Assembly (NCBI GenBank): GCA_016194745.1 | Contig: JACQBA010000013.1 | Span: 256,822-320,821 of the forward strand | Direction of reading: 5' to 3' | Source of the DNA: Elusimicrobiota bacterium | GTDB taxonomy: Bacteria > Elusimicrobiota > Elusimicrobia > UBA1565 > JACRDR01 | DNA: 64,000 bases | Part shown: positions 25,609 through 34,719 of the stretch, one piece after another | How positions within the stretch are numbered: position 1 is the stretch's first letter | Layout: the number at the start of each line of letters is the position of its first letter | The notes under the pieces: generated by a model | Seen by the model: only the letters and a program-made list of their open reading frames with translations | What the model was told of the DNA's origin: nothing | The model's database searches: none | Position numbers and translations under genes: made by a program

Positions 25609-27072
25609 ATGATGTCGTCCATGGAAAATCCGAGCCATCCCTTCGCCTACCGCCTCCGCCGCGCCCTCAACTGGATCCCCCTCGGCCTCGCGTACGCCTT
25701 CTTCTACATGGGGCGCTACAACTTGACCGTCGCCAAGAGCGCCTTGGGAGACGCCCTGATGTCGAAGGCGGAGTTCGGCACGATCTTCGCGGTCGGCGCG
25801 TGGGCCTACGCCCTCTCCTTCGTCGCGACGGGCCCGCTGACGGACCGGCTCGGCGGCCGCCGCGCGATGCTCGTCGGCACGGCCGGGACCATCGCGGTCA
25901 ACACGCTCATGGGCCTCGCGCTCTACGGCATCACGCAGTGGCATTGGCCGCTCTCCATCTTCTGGACGTTCACGGGCCTCTACGCGCTCAACATGCACTT
26001 CCAGAGCTACGGCGCGGCGGCCATCGTCACGGTGAAGGCTCCGTGGTTCCACGTCCGCGAACGCGGCACGTTCTCCACGATCTTCGGCGCGATGATCACG
26101 CTGGGCATCTACTTCGCCTTCGACTGGGGCTTCGCCATCGTCTCGGCGACGCGCGCCAAGGCGCCCAAGGACCTCGGCTTCTGGGGCGGCGCGTTCAAGT
26201 CCATCCTCGGCACGGGCGGCGCGGCCGTCGACCAGAACTGGTGGCTCTTCTTCACGCCGGCGATCCTCATGTCCGCCTGCTGGATCGCCATGTACGCCTA
26301 CATGCGCGACACCCCCAGCCAAGCCGGCTTCGCGGACTTCGACACCGGAGAGGAATCGGTCTCGGGCGACGGGCAACGCCTGCCGATCCGCCAGGTGTTC
26401 CTTAAAATCGTCACCCACCCCGTCCTCATGGTCGTCTGCGGGATCGAGTTCTGCAGCGGCATTCTCCGCAACGGCATCATGCACTGGTACCCGCTCTTCG
26501 CGGCCGAAGTCGGCTTCAAGAAGACGTTCGTCATCACCCAGAATTGGGGGCTCATGCTCCTCATCGCCGGCCTCGGGGGCTCGTTCCTCACCGGCTGGGC
26601 GTCCGACAAGTTCTTCCAGTCCCGCCGCGGGCCGATGGCCTCGATGCTCTACGCGCTGATGATCGCCTCGGTGGGCGTCATGGCCTTCACGCTCAGCGGC
26701 AACGTCTGGTTCGCGGGCGCGGCGACCTTCCTCATCTCCCTGTCGGTCATCGGCGTGCACAGCATTCTCTCCGGCACCTCGACCGCGGACTTCGGCGGCG
26801 CCAAGAACGCTGGCGCGGCCGTCGGCATCGTGGACGGGATGGTCTATCTCGGGACCGGCATCCAGTCGGTCGCGATCGGCTCCCTCGCCCCGGTCGGCGA
26901 GGCGGCGAAGAACCCGAACAACTGGTTCTGGTGGCCCGTCTTCCTCGCGCCGTTCGCGGTCGTCGGCTTCGGCCTCTGCCTCAAGATCTGGAACGCCGCG
27001 CCGAAGATGAAGGCCGCGCGCGCCACGCCGGCGCCCGCGCCGGAGCCGCTGGCCGAGCCCGTCGCCGCGTAA
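25609..27072 (+). CDS. MFS transporter (organophosphate:Pi antiporter-like, GlpT/UhpT-type)
   Basis: 12 predicted TM segments with MFS signature regions. Similarity to sugar-phosphate antiporters. Confidence 0.8.
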   Translation: MMSSMENPSHPFAYRLRRALNWIPLGLAYAFFYMGRYNLTVAKSALGDALMSKAEFGTIFAVGAWAYALSFVATGPLTDRLGGRRAMLVGTAGTIAVNTLMGLALYGITQWHWPLSIFWTFTGLYALNMHFQSYGAAAIVTVKAPWFHVRERGTFSTIFGAMITLGIYFAFDWGFAIVSATRAKAPKDLGFWGGAFKSILGTGGAAVDQNWWLFFTPAILMSACWIAMYAYMRDTPSQAGFADFDTGEESVSGDGQRLPIRQVFLKIVTHPVLMVVCGIEFCSGILRNGIMHWYPLFAAEVGFKKTFVITQNWGLMLLIAGLGGSFLTGWASDKFFQSRRGPMASMLYALMIASVGVMAFTLSGNVWFAGAATFLISLSVIGVHSILSGTSTADFGGAKNAGAAVGIVDGMVYLGTGIQSVAIGSLAPVGEAAKNPNNWFWWPVFLAPFAVVGFGLCLKIWNAAPKMKAARATPAPAPEPLAEPVAA

Positions 27073-27113
27073 GTCCGCCGGAAATTGCTAGGATCGTCTC
27101 CCTCGAGACGATC

Positions 27114-27899
27114 ATGCTCGCCCGAAAGGACCAGGCCGAAGCCGCGCCCGAAGCGCCCCCGCGCCGCGTCGGCGCCAGGACCTTCTTGGCGTTCGCCGCA
27201 GCGGCGTTGCTCGCGCTCAACTTCGCCGTCCAGATCGGCCGCAAGCCGACCGAGCTGCTGCGCTTCGCCGGCTTCGGCGGCGGCAAAGCACCGCGCGACA
27301 CCTGGCGCGCGTTCGGCGATCAATTTCGCGAGCACGCGACCGACATCGTCACGCCGGATTTCCTCGCCGCGCTGACGCAGGTCGAGAGCTCGGGAAATCC
27401 TCTCGCCAGCCCGGGCTGGACCTGGCGCTGGACGACGGACCCCTTCAGGCTGTACGGGCCGGCCTCGAGCGCCGTCGGCCTGCTCCAGATGACCGACGGC
27501 AACTACGACCGAGCGAAGACGCTCTGCGTGAAGGACGGCCGCGTCGCCCGCGCCGGTCCGTGGCTCGACCCGGACGCGTGCAGGACGACCGCCTTCTACT
27601 CGCGGCTCGTCCCGTCCGACTCGATCCAGATGACGTCCGCGTTCCTGGACGTGCACGTCCGCAAGACCGCCGCCGCCGCGTCGGCGCGCCTGCCGCTGCG
27701 CCGAAAACAAGAGCTGGCCGCCGTCATCCATCTCTGCGGCCCCGAGAAGGGTCCGGCGTTCGTCCGCGCCGGCTTCGACCCGGACGCTCTCGGGCGGTGC
27801 GGGAGCCAGCCCGTCGGGTCCTACGTGCGGCTCGTCATGAAGCACCGGCTCGATTTCGAGCGATTGGCCCGCCCGGCGGCGGCGCGCCGTTCCTTCTGA
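27114..27899 (+). CDS. Lytic transglycosylase (SLT domain) protein
   Basis: N-terminal TM. LTQVESSGNP matches the catalytic E-S motif block of SLT domains, followed by LLQMTD. Confidence 0.65.
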   Translation: MLARKDQAEAAPEAPPRRVGARTFLAFAAAALLALNFAVQIGRKPTELLRFAGFGGGKAPRDTWRAFGDQFREHATDIVTPDFLAALTQVESSGNPLASPGWTWRWTTDPFRLYGPASSAVGLLQMTDGNYDRAKTLCVKDGRVARAGPWLDPDACRTTAFYSRLVPSDSIQMTSAFLDVHVRKTAAAASARLPLRRKQELAAVIHLCGPEKGPAFVRAGFDPDALGRCGSQPVGSYVRLVMKHRLDFERLARPAAARRSF

Positions 27900-28290
27900 C
27901 GGCGGAAATCCGGCCTACGCCTCCCCGGCGCAGACAGCCGGACGCAGCTCGCGCCGCGCGGCGAGCGCGATGGCGGCGAGGAACATGAAGGCGATGCCCG
28001 CCGATCCCTTGCGGGAGCGATGGGACTGGTCGTTCGTCGGGAAGGCGCTGCGGATGGACGGCGGGGGCACGTCGTGCGTGACGACGGTGCAGGCCTCCGG
28101 GGGGCGGCAAGCGCCGGGCCCCAGGCCCGAGGCCCCGGCCGCGCCGGCATGCCCGGCTAGACTCAAGAACAGCGCCCACTGCATCCGCCTCGCCGCCGCT
28201 TTTCGGATCATCGCCGCCTCCTGTCCATCCATGGGTGTAGGATGCCGGAGCGGCCTATGGAGTGCCGGAGCGAATTTTAACGACTTTCTA

Positions 28291-28319
28291 TTGACACATC
28301 CTGCCTTTGCTCCCATACT
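28291..28319 (+). promoter_or_regulatory. Sigma70-like promoter for the sensor kinase gene
   Basis: TTGACA (28291-28296), 17-nt spacer, CATACT (28314-28319), about 55 nt upstream of ATG 28376. Confidence 0.4.
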
Positions 28320-28375
28320 TTGCGCGTGACCCGTTCTCGACGACCGTGAGGATCCGCACCCGCTTCGGGTTGGCC

Positions 28376-30160
28376 ATGAGCGGCGTGGCGGCGGCTAGCT
28401 TTCTATCCGCCTGGTTCGTCTCGTCCTTGGTCTCCGCCAACGTCATCATGGACATGCAGCGGGAGGTGCAGCGCCGGTCCGCGGGCGCCCTCGGAGCGGC
28501 CGCGGCGGCCGCGCTTCGGCCCGGCGCGACGCCGACCGACGTGCTGCGGCAGTTCGTCCGCTTTCTGCCCGCCGTGGCGCCCAACGTCGAGTACGCCTAC
28601 GTCGAGGCGGCGGACGGGAGCATCCTGATGCACACGGACCCCGCCGCCGAGCGGAGCCCCAAGGGCGCCTGGAATCCGGCTCCGGGCACCGCCGACTTCG
28701 CGAAGGCCGCCTCGGACGCCAAAGGTACCGTGGCGACGGCCCACGTGGGCGCGCCCGCCGATCTGGACGCCTTCGTCGCGCGCCGCGTCCGGAGCATCCT
28801 GCTGCCGTCCATCGTCTTGTTCGGCGCGATCGGCGCCGTCATGAGCCTCATCCTGGGCTTCGGCCTCTCGCACCTGATGGTGCGCCCGATCGCCCGGCTC
28901 GCCGAGGCGGCGGAAGAGGTGGGGCGCGGCGACCTCGCGGTCGAGGTGCCGGTCGACTCCTCCGACGAGGTCGGCGAGTTGTCCGGCCGCTTCAACGACA
29001 TGGTCGAGCGGCTGCGCTCGCTCGACGAGATGAAGGCGAAGTTCATCGCGAGCGTCTCCCACGATCTGCGCAGTCCTCTCGCGGCGATCAAGATGTCGCT
29101 GGATTTCCTGCTGCGGGACGATGCGGACAGCGACAAGATCCTGCCGCAGCACCGGCGGACGCTGGCGACCGTCGTGGACGGAGCGTCCCGGCTGAGCGTC
29201 TTCGTCTCCAACATCCTCGACGCCGCGAAGATCGACGCCGGCCGCATGGATTACCGCCTCGAGCCCGTGCGCCTGGAGACCGTCGCCCGCCGGCTCGAGG
29301 AGCTCTACGCGGCCGCCGCGCGGGAGCGCCGGATCGACGTCGATCTTTCGGTCCCGGCGGACCTTCCACCCGCGCTCGCGGACGCGGAGCGGCTCGAGCG
29401 CGTGCTGGCCAATCTCCTCTCCAACGCGCTCAAGTTCACCGGGCCCGGCGGCACGATCCGCCTGCGCGCCCGTTCGGACGGCGGCGGGCTCCTGCTCTCG
29501 GTCTCCGACACGGGCGAAGGCATCCCCGCGGAGGACCTGCCGCGGCTGTTCAAGCCGTTCGAGCAGGCGCACGGCGATGGCCGGGACGCTTCCGGCCGGC
29601 ACGGGACGGGCCTCGGGCTCTACATCGTGAAGGACTCCGTCGAGTCGATGGGAGGGACAGTCTCCCTCGAGTCGACGTACGGCAAGGGGACCACGGTGAC
29701 GGTCCGCCTTCCCGCGGCGGGCGCCGCGCCCGCGCCCGCGGGGCCGCCTCCGTCCGGAACGGTCCCGCCCCGGCCCCGGGCGGGCCGTCCCGCCAAGGTG
29801 CTCGTCCTCGACGATGATTACGCCTCGGCGGAGATCCTCAAGCAGATCCTGGAGTCGAAGGGCTACGAGCCGGTCGCGAGCCGCGACGGGCGCCGCACGC
29901 TGGAACTCGCGCTCCGGGAGAAGCCGGACGCCATCGTCATGGACGTGCAGTTGCGAACGGCGGGCGGCGTCGACATGATGCTCGCGCTGCGCGAGAACGC
30001 GGCCACGTCCAAGATCCCCGTGCTGCTCTGCTCCGCCGCGCCCGACCTGCGGGAGATCGAGCCGGCGCTCGCGGCCGGGGCGTCCTGCTTCCTGTCGAAG
30101 CCCGTGCAGGCCATGGAGCTCGACTTGCGCATCCGCGAGGCGTTGTCCGGAGGATCATGA
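28376..30160 (+). CDS. Hybrid sensor histidine kinase/response regulator (2 TM, HAMP, HisKA, HATPase_c, REC)
   Basis: H-box SVSHDLRSPLAAIK. N/G boxes in the HATPase region. C-terminal receiver with DD...D...K (KVLVLDDD ... MDVQL ... SKP). The track's TTG start at 28307 lies inside the predicted promoter, so ATG 28376 is preferred. Confidence 0.85.
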   Translation: MSGVAAASFLSAWFVSSLVSANVIMDMQREVQRRSAGALGAAAAAALRPGATPTDVLRQFVRFLPAVAPNVEYAYVEAADGSILMHTDPAAERSPKGAWNPAPGTADFAKAASDAKGTVATAHVGAPADLDAFVARRVRSILLPSIVLFGAIGAVMSLILGFGLSHLMVRPIARLAEAAEEVGRGDLAVEVPVDSSDEVGELSGRFNDMVERLRSLDEMKAKFIASVSHDLRSPLAAIKMSLDFLLRDDADSDKILPQHRRTLATVVDGASRLSVFVSNILDAAKIDAGRMDYRLEPVRLETVARRLEELYAAAARERRIDVDLSVPADLPPALADAERLERVLANLLSNALKFTGPGGTIRLRARSDGGGLLLSVSDTGEGIPAEDLPRLFKPFEQAHGDGRDASGRHGTGLGLYIVKDSVESMGGTVSLESTYGKGTTVTVRLPAAGAAPAPAGPPPSGTVPPRPRAGRPAKVLVLDDDYASAEILKQILESKGYEPVASRDGRRTLELALREKPDAIVMDVQLRTAGGVDMMLALRENAATSKIPVLLCSAAPDLREIEPALAAGASCFLSKPVQAMELDLRIREALSGGS

Positions 30161-30855
30161 AAGGCAAGAAAGGAGTCGTGCTGGTAGTCGACGATGACCC
30201 GATGATCCGGGAGATGCTCGAGCCCGCCCTCAAACAGGCCGGCTACGAGACACGCATGACGTCTAGCGCGGACAAGGCGTTCGCCGTCCTCAGGTCGGGA
30301 CCCGTGGATATTCTCATTCTCGATATCGTGCTGCCGGGGATCGACGGGATACAGATGCTCGGCCTCTTGAAGAAGGACGCGGCTACGGCGGGGCTCCCCG
30401 TGCTCATGCTGACGAACCAAGTCTCCGAACGCAGCAAAGTGTCCGGCTTGAAGACGGGCGCGGACGACTACGTGGTCAAGCCCTTCTCGATCCACGAGCT
30501 CCTGGCCCGGGTCGAGGCCCTGCTGCGGCGATCGCAGCGCTCCGGCCGCATGGACGCCGTGCTCGAGGCGGGAGGGATCGTCATGAACATCGACGCGCGT
30601 TCCGTGACGGCGAACGGCAAGAAGGTCGACCTGACCGTCATCGAGTTCGACCTGCTGGCGCTCCTGATCCGGCGGGAAGGAAACGTGCTCTCCTACCAGG
30701 CGCTTTCCGACGCGATGTCCGAAGGCGCGCGCATCATGACGTCCGAGTCGGTCTACAACCACGTCAAGAACATCCGCGCGAAGCTGGGGGGCGCCGGAAA
30801 GCGCATCGAAACAGTCCACGGCATCGGCTACAAGTTCGACCGCGACGCGAAATAA
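30157..30855 (+). CDS. OmpR-family response regulator (REC plus winged helix)
   Basis: VLVVDDD ... DILILDIVLPG ... KP receiver. C-terminal trans_reg_C (winged-helix, IGYKF). Start overlaps the kinase stop. Confidence 0.9.
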   Translation: MKGKKGVVLVVDDDPMIREMLEPALKQAGYETRMTSSADKAFAVLRSGPVDILILDIVLPGIDGIQMLGLLKKDAATAGLPVLMLTNQVSERSKVSGLKTGADDYVVKPFSIHELLARVEALLRRSQRSGRMDAVLEAGGIVMNIDARSVTANGKKVDLTVIEFDLLALLIRREGNVLSYQALSDAMSEGARIMTSESVYNHVKNIRAKLGGAGKRIETVHGIGYKFDRDAK

Positions 30856-30861
30856 CCGCGG

Positions 30862-31977
30862 TTACGGACGAGGCTCGATCAGCCGGATGTTGTCGACGGG
30901 AGCGGGAGCGGCGGGAGGCTGCGCCGGCATTTCATCCTCTCGTCGAGTCGTAACGCCGGGCGTCCGCACCGGTGCCCGCTCCTGAGGTTCCCGTGTTTCC
31001 TCTCGCGGAGGGCCGTCCCGATTGGCCACCGTCCGGTTGCGAATTTCATCGGGACGCTCCGGATGCGGCCTGAGGACCTCGCGGCTGCCGACGTCCCTCC
31101 TGGATCTTTCCACCGTCGCCTTCTGCTCGGCCGCTCTCTTGAGCGCCTCGGCTGCCGCGGCCGCCTCGGCCTCCGTGACCTGCCTTTCCAAAATCGTTTC
31201 GTCCTTAACGAAGCCTCCGTACACCTCCTCGGCCACTTGGCTCTTGGCCAGCGCCGCGCGCGGAATCTTCACCGCCACGGCTCCGGAGATCGTCGGGACT
31301 TTCGCCGTCTTCTGCGGGACGGCCGCGGCATTCTCTTCGAGCAGCGCGCGGTTCTTGAGGAAGGCGCCCACGCCAAAACTATTGCCGGCGTCCTGCGTGC
31401 TGACTGGGAAATCGAGCACTGTAGTCGGCCGGCGCGATCGCGCGGAAGCCGTCGCCTTCACCTGCGCGGACTTCCCCCCCGGCACCGCCGTTCGGAGCGT
31501 CCGCGCCGAAGGAGCTTCGCCCGATGTCGCCACGCTCGAGTTCATCGACCACGCCGCGGCCGTGCGTTTTTCGCCCGGGAGCGGCACGGAAATACCGTCG
31601 AGCGAGCGGGCTTGCCGCCCCTCCGCAGAATCCGACGCCCCGGCGACCGGCCTTCCTGTAACTTCGACGCCATGGACGAATCGGACTTTCTTGCGCTGCA
31701 AAGACCAATAGTCGCGCCCGACGCGCGAGCCGCTGAACAAAAAGGCAGTGCGCGTCCCCGCCCGCCCGGCCCACTCGCTCAGCGCGAAATGGACGCGCCG
31801 CGCCAGCGCGAGCCCCTCGGAAAGGGGCGTATTCCACCAGGTCGCGGCCGAAGGAGCCCCGCGCGTAGCGAGGGCGATCAGCCTCTTGTGATTGGCGGCG
31901 GTGACGACAAACAGCAATGCAACGATAAGCGCCGATAAATAAAAGACTTTTTTACCACTGGAGGATGATCCGAACAT
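30862..31977 (-). CDS. Hypothetical membrane-anchored protein with Pro/Glu/Arg-rich C-terminus
   Basis: N-terminal TM VFYLSALIVALLFVVTAA. No recognisable domain. Its stop is part of a 12-bp palindrome shared with the convergent regulator gene. Confidence 0.45.
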   Translation of the reverse strand: MFGSSSSGKKVFYLSALIVALLFVVTAANHKRLIALATRGAPSAATWWNTPLSEGLALARRVHFALSEWAGRAGTRTAFLFSGSRVGRDYWSLQRKKVRFVHGVEVTGRPVAGASDSAEGRQARSLDGISVPLPGEKRTAAAWSMNSSVATSGEAPSARTLRTAVPGGKSAQVKATASARSRRPTTVLDFPVSTQDAGNSFGVGAFLKNRALLEENAAAVPQKTAKVPTISGAVAVKIPRAALAKSQVAEEVYGGFVKDETILERQVTEAEAAAAAEALKRAAEQKATVERSRRDVGSREVLRPHPERPDEIRNRTVANRDGPPREETREPQERAPVRTPGVTTRREDEMPAQPPAAPAPVDNIRLIEPRP

Positions 31978-32058
31978 AGGCTTTCAAGGCCTATTCGCCT
32001 TGTCGGAGTATAACAGGGGCCCCTGGCCGTTTCAAGTGTCCTGCCGACGAATATCGAG

Positions 32059-32087
32059 GCCCCCGAAAGAGGAGAACCCTCGGGGGC
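32059..32087 (-). terminator. Stem-loop (8-bp GC stem) downstream of the paralog-array operon; possible terminator
   Basis: GCCCCCGA-13 nt loop-TCGGGGGC. No clear U-tract. Confidence 0.25.
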
Positions 32088-32112
32088 CTCCAGATAATCC
32101 GCACGGTCTTCC

Positions 32113-32730
32113 TCAACGCACCGGAACCTTCACAAGCTCGACATTGGGTCCGTCGATCACCACCGAGACATAGTACTTGTAGCCCGGGTCCGGCGCCTTG
32201 AAATTCCCCACGAGGCGCCCGTATTCCCTGACGTCGCCCGTCACCTCGTCGATTTCGACGCTGCGCTTCTTGACCTGCTCCGACAGACGCAGGTAGTCCG
32301 CCAAGGTCCCGTCGCCGTATTTCACCCGGACGATGCGCCCGCCGTCACCCGTCAGCTCGCTTTGGACTTTCTCCGCCGCGCTTTGGAATGCGGCGCCGCG
32401 CGGATCGGGCCCGAGCTGCAGATGCAGGTTCCCGCGGAAGACGCCGTCCTTATAGATGCCGACCGACTTGCACCTGCAGTCCGGAGTCATCGTGGCCGGC
32501 CCGAACCGCACCCTGTAGCGCTCCTCCAGAGCGTCCAACACGTCCTTTATGATCAAAGCCTGCTGGTGCGCCCCTCTTGCGTCCTCTAGGCGTTCCGGCA
32601 TCCGTCGGCCCAAATCCTTGGCCGCGTCCATCACTCGGGGCTCTCCGCCGTCCGCCCTGGTTCCGAGCGCCGAAAGGACCGCGCCTGCGATCACCATCCA
32701 AGTGCTAGGCTTCATCGTGCCTCCCCTCAC
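32113..32730 (-). CDS. Secreted protein of unknown family, paralog 3 of a tandem triplet
   Basis: Signal peptide. Shares TPDCxCKSVGxY, DPRG, YGDGxLADYLRxS and EVTG blocks with 32727-33332. Confidence 0.6.
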   Translation of the reverse strand: MRGGTMKPSTWMVIAGAVLSALGTRADGGEPRVMDAAKDLGRRMPERLEDARGAHQQALIIKDVLDALEERYRVRFGPATMTPDCRCKSVGIYKDGVFRGNLHLQLGPDPRGAAFQSAAEKVQSELTGDGGRIVRVKYGDGTLADYLRLSEQVKKRSVEIDEVTGDVREYGRLVGNFKAPDPGYKYYVSVVIDGPNVELVKVPVR

Positions 32731-33332
32731 TGTCGTCGCGTCGGGATCTTCAGGAACTCGATGTCCTTCCCATCATCGTTTACCGACACCCAGTAGCGAT
32801 AGCGACCGATCTCATCCTTGAAGTTGTCCACGACCTGACCGCGCTGCGTGATCTCTCCCGTGACCTCGTTGACGCCGATCTTGTTGTCCTCCCGCTTCAT
32901 TGCCCCGGAGATGCGAAGGTAGTCGGCCAAGCTCCCATCCCCGTACCGCAGGGAGACGAATTCGGCGCCGCTCCGGCTGCTCAGGTGTCGTTGGAGCTGA
33001 TCGGCCCATTTCTGAAAGTCCGTCCCGCGAGGATCCTGCAGAAGTTCCAAGTGAACGTCTCCGAGGAACTCCTTGCCTCTGTAAAGACCCACGGACTTGC
33101 AGGGGCAGTCAGGCGTAGTCGTAGGCTCACGGAACGTGATCCCGTACCGGTCTTCCAGCGCCTTGAACACGTCCCGTTCAGGCCGGAGGAGCTGGCGTTC
33201 CCGCCTCAGGTCCTCTCGACGCGTTCTCAATCGTTCGATCGCCCCGGCGCCGCGCGTCTCCGCGCTGGCCTCGCTCTCCCAGAAGACTCCCGCGGACAAC
33301 AGTACCGCCGTGATCCAAAGCACGCGCATCAT
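32727..33332 (-). CDS. Secreted protein of unknown family, paralog 2 of a tandem triplet
   Basis: Signal peptide MMRVLWITAVLLSAGVF. Conserved blocks shared with 32113-32730. ATGA overlap with the downstream paralog. Confidence 0.6.
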   Translation of the reverse strand: MMRVLWITAVLLSAGVFWESEASAETRGAGAIERLRTRREDLRRERQLLRPERDVFKALEDRYGITFREPTTTPDCPCKSVGLYRGKEFLGDVHLELLQDPRGTDFQKWADQLQRHLSSRSGAEFVSLRYGDGSLADYLRISGAMKREDNKIGVNEVTGEITQRGQVVDNFKDEIGRYRYWVSVNDDGKDIEFLKIPTRRQ

Positions 33333-33333
33333 G

Positions 33334-33795
33334 TTATCGCCTCCTGCCGCATTCCTGAATTCCGGTACGCGGGTTCGCTACGCAATCGACGTCCTGTCGC
33401 TCGGAACCCTGCCGGCGCTCGAGCTCGAGCTTCTCCCTAGCCTTGCGATTGAACAAGTCCTCTATTTTGGCGGTCCAATTCTCCATTCCTCCGGGGCCCC
33501 CGGGGGAGTAGTACGAACGGATGGTTCCGACGTATTTTCCATCCTTGTGGACCTCGAGCATGGCGCACTGGCAGCCGGCCTCGTAGGTTGTCGGTTCTAT
33601 GAGCTTTATCCCGAACTTCTCCTCGAGAGCTCGACGCGCTTTCATCGTATTCTCCCTTTGCTCGTGTTCCGATTGGACCCGTTTCCCAAGTCTATTGGTC
33701 AATTCTCCGATCGGTTCGGCGGCGTACGCCGCTCCCGACAAGAACACCGCCGCCGCGATCGCCGCCACCTTCTCGTTCCAGGAATTGCGTGTCAT
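33334..33795 (-). CDS. Secreted protein of unknown family, paralog 1 (N-terminal module only)
   Basis: Signal peptide. ALEEKFGIKLIEPTTYEAGCQCAMLEV aligns with ALEDRYGITFREPTTTPDCPCKSVGLY and ALEERYRVRFGPATMTPDCRCKSVGIY of the neighbours. Confidence 0.55.
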   Translation of the reverse strand: MTRNSWNEKVAAIAAAVFLSGAAYAAEPIGELTNRLGKRVQSEHEQRENTMKARRALEEKFGIKLIEPTTYEAGCQCAMLEVHKDGKYVGTIRSYYSPGGPGGMENWTAKIEDLFNRKAREKLELERRQGSERQDVDCVANPRTGIQECGRRR

Positions 33796-33901
33796 GAGTC
33801 CTCCTCTCCAGCGCTAATCGGAGGATGCCCGTCCTGGTCAAGGATTGCCGGAGTGGTTTTTAAGTTTTTTTTAAGACGCGGCCGGGGAGGCCGATGCGGC
33901 G

Positions 33902-34552
33902 CTAGTTGACCGGAGCCGGAGGAACGGGCTGCTGGCGCTCGATCTCCTGCTTCAGGCGCTCCATCACGCGCTGGGCATGGCCGTCTTCCAAGTAAGGATC
34001 GTGCAGGAGGATGTTCATCGTCCCGTCCTCGTTGTACTTGAAGATGCTCTTGATCGGGACGAGGGCGTCCTCGGGCATCTTGTCGAAGGGGGCGGGCAAG
34101 TCCGCCTGCCGCAGGTTCATGCGCTTGTACATGAAATCGCCGGGCTCGCCGAAGTTGTCCCAGGAATAGGCGTTTTGGAGCGCGTTCTGGACGTCGCGCC
34201 GCTTCAGGAAATCGAGGAACGCCTGAGAGTTGTCGTCAGGTCCGCCCGTCGCCTTCATCATGCGGAACTGGAACAAGCGCCACGCGCCGCTCCCGTCCCA
34301 GGCGTACTGCGCCGAGTCGAGCACGAAGGGGCCCATCCGCGGGTCCCGCGCGCCCATCTTGGCGTCCTCGCGCCGCGTATCCCCGAGCGTCAGCATGAAC
34401 AACTCGGTTCTCCGCGTCGGCCCGCCGACGGGCGTCACGCTCCGCCACCCGTAATGGTGGATCGCCAGAGGAAACTCCTCCGGAGAGAAAGGCCGGGGCG
34501 CGGCCCACGCGGAGGCGGTCGACAAGAGCAGGCACAGCGAAATGAATCTCAT
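33902..34552 (-). CDS. Hypothetical secreted protein
   Basis: Signal peptide MRFISLCLLLSTASAWAAP. No recognisable domain. Confidence 0.5.
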   Translation of the reverse strand: MRFISLCLLLSTASAWAAPRPFSPEEFPLAIHHYGWRSVTPVGGPTRRTELFMLTLGDTRREDAKMGARDPRMGPFVLDSAQYAWDGSGAWRLFQFRMMKATGGPDDNSQAFLDFLKRRDVQNALQNAYSWDNFGEPGDFMYKRMNLRQADLPAPFDKMPEDALVPIKSIFKYNEDGTMNILLHDPYLEDGHAQRVMERLKQEIERQQPVPPAPVN

Positions 34553-34719
34553 ACGCGGAGGATATCGAAATCTACGCCGGTACCGCATCCGCCGATCGGC
34601 TCCCGCCGCCGAAGGGCCGAAGACCCACGATCTTGCGGCGCCGTGACGGCCCCGTGACGCGGTATTGACGGTTTCCGTTTATCCTGATAGACTCAGAGCG
34701 GTCCCGCTTTCCTTATAGA

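Noticed and set aside
24823-26760. 645-aa minus-strand ORF
   Set aside because: It lies antisense to the HExxHxxQ and MFS genes. It is a composition-driven artefact.
27915-28211. Possible 98-aa secreted/membrane protein on the minus strand between the SLT gene and the kinase promoter
   Set aside because: It has a signal-like N-terminus but no conservation signal, RBS or domain. Overlapping + strand ORF 27970-28329 is equally plausible. Support is insufficient.
28307-28375. TTG start for the sensor kinase as given in the ORF track
   Set aside because: It would lie inside the predicted -35/-10 promoter (28291-28319). ATG 28376 is preferred.
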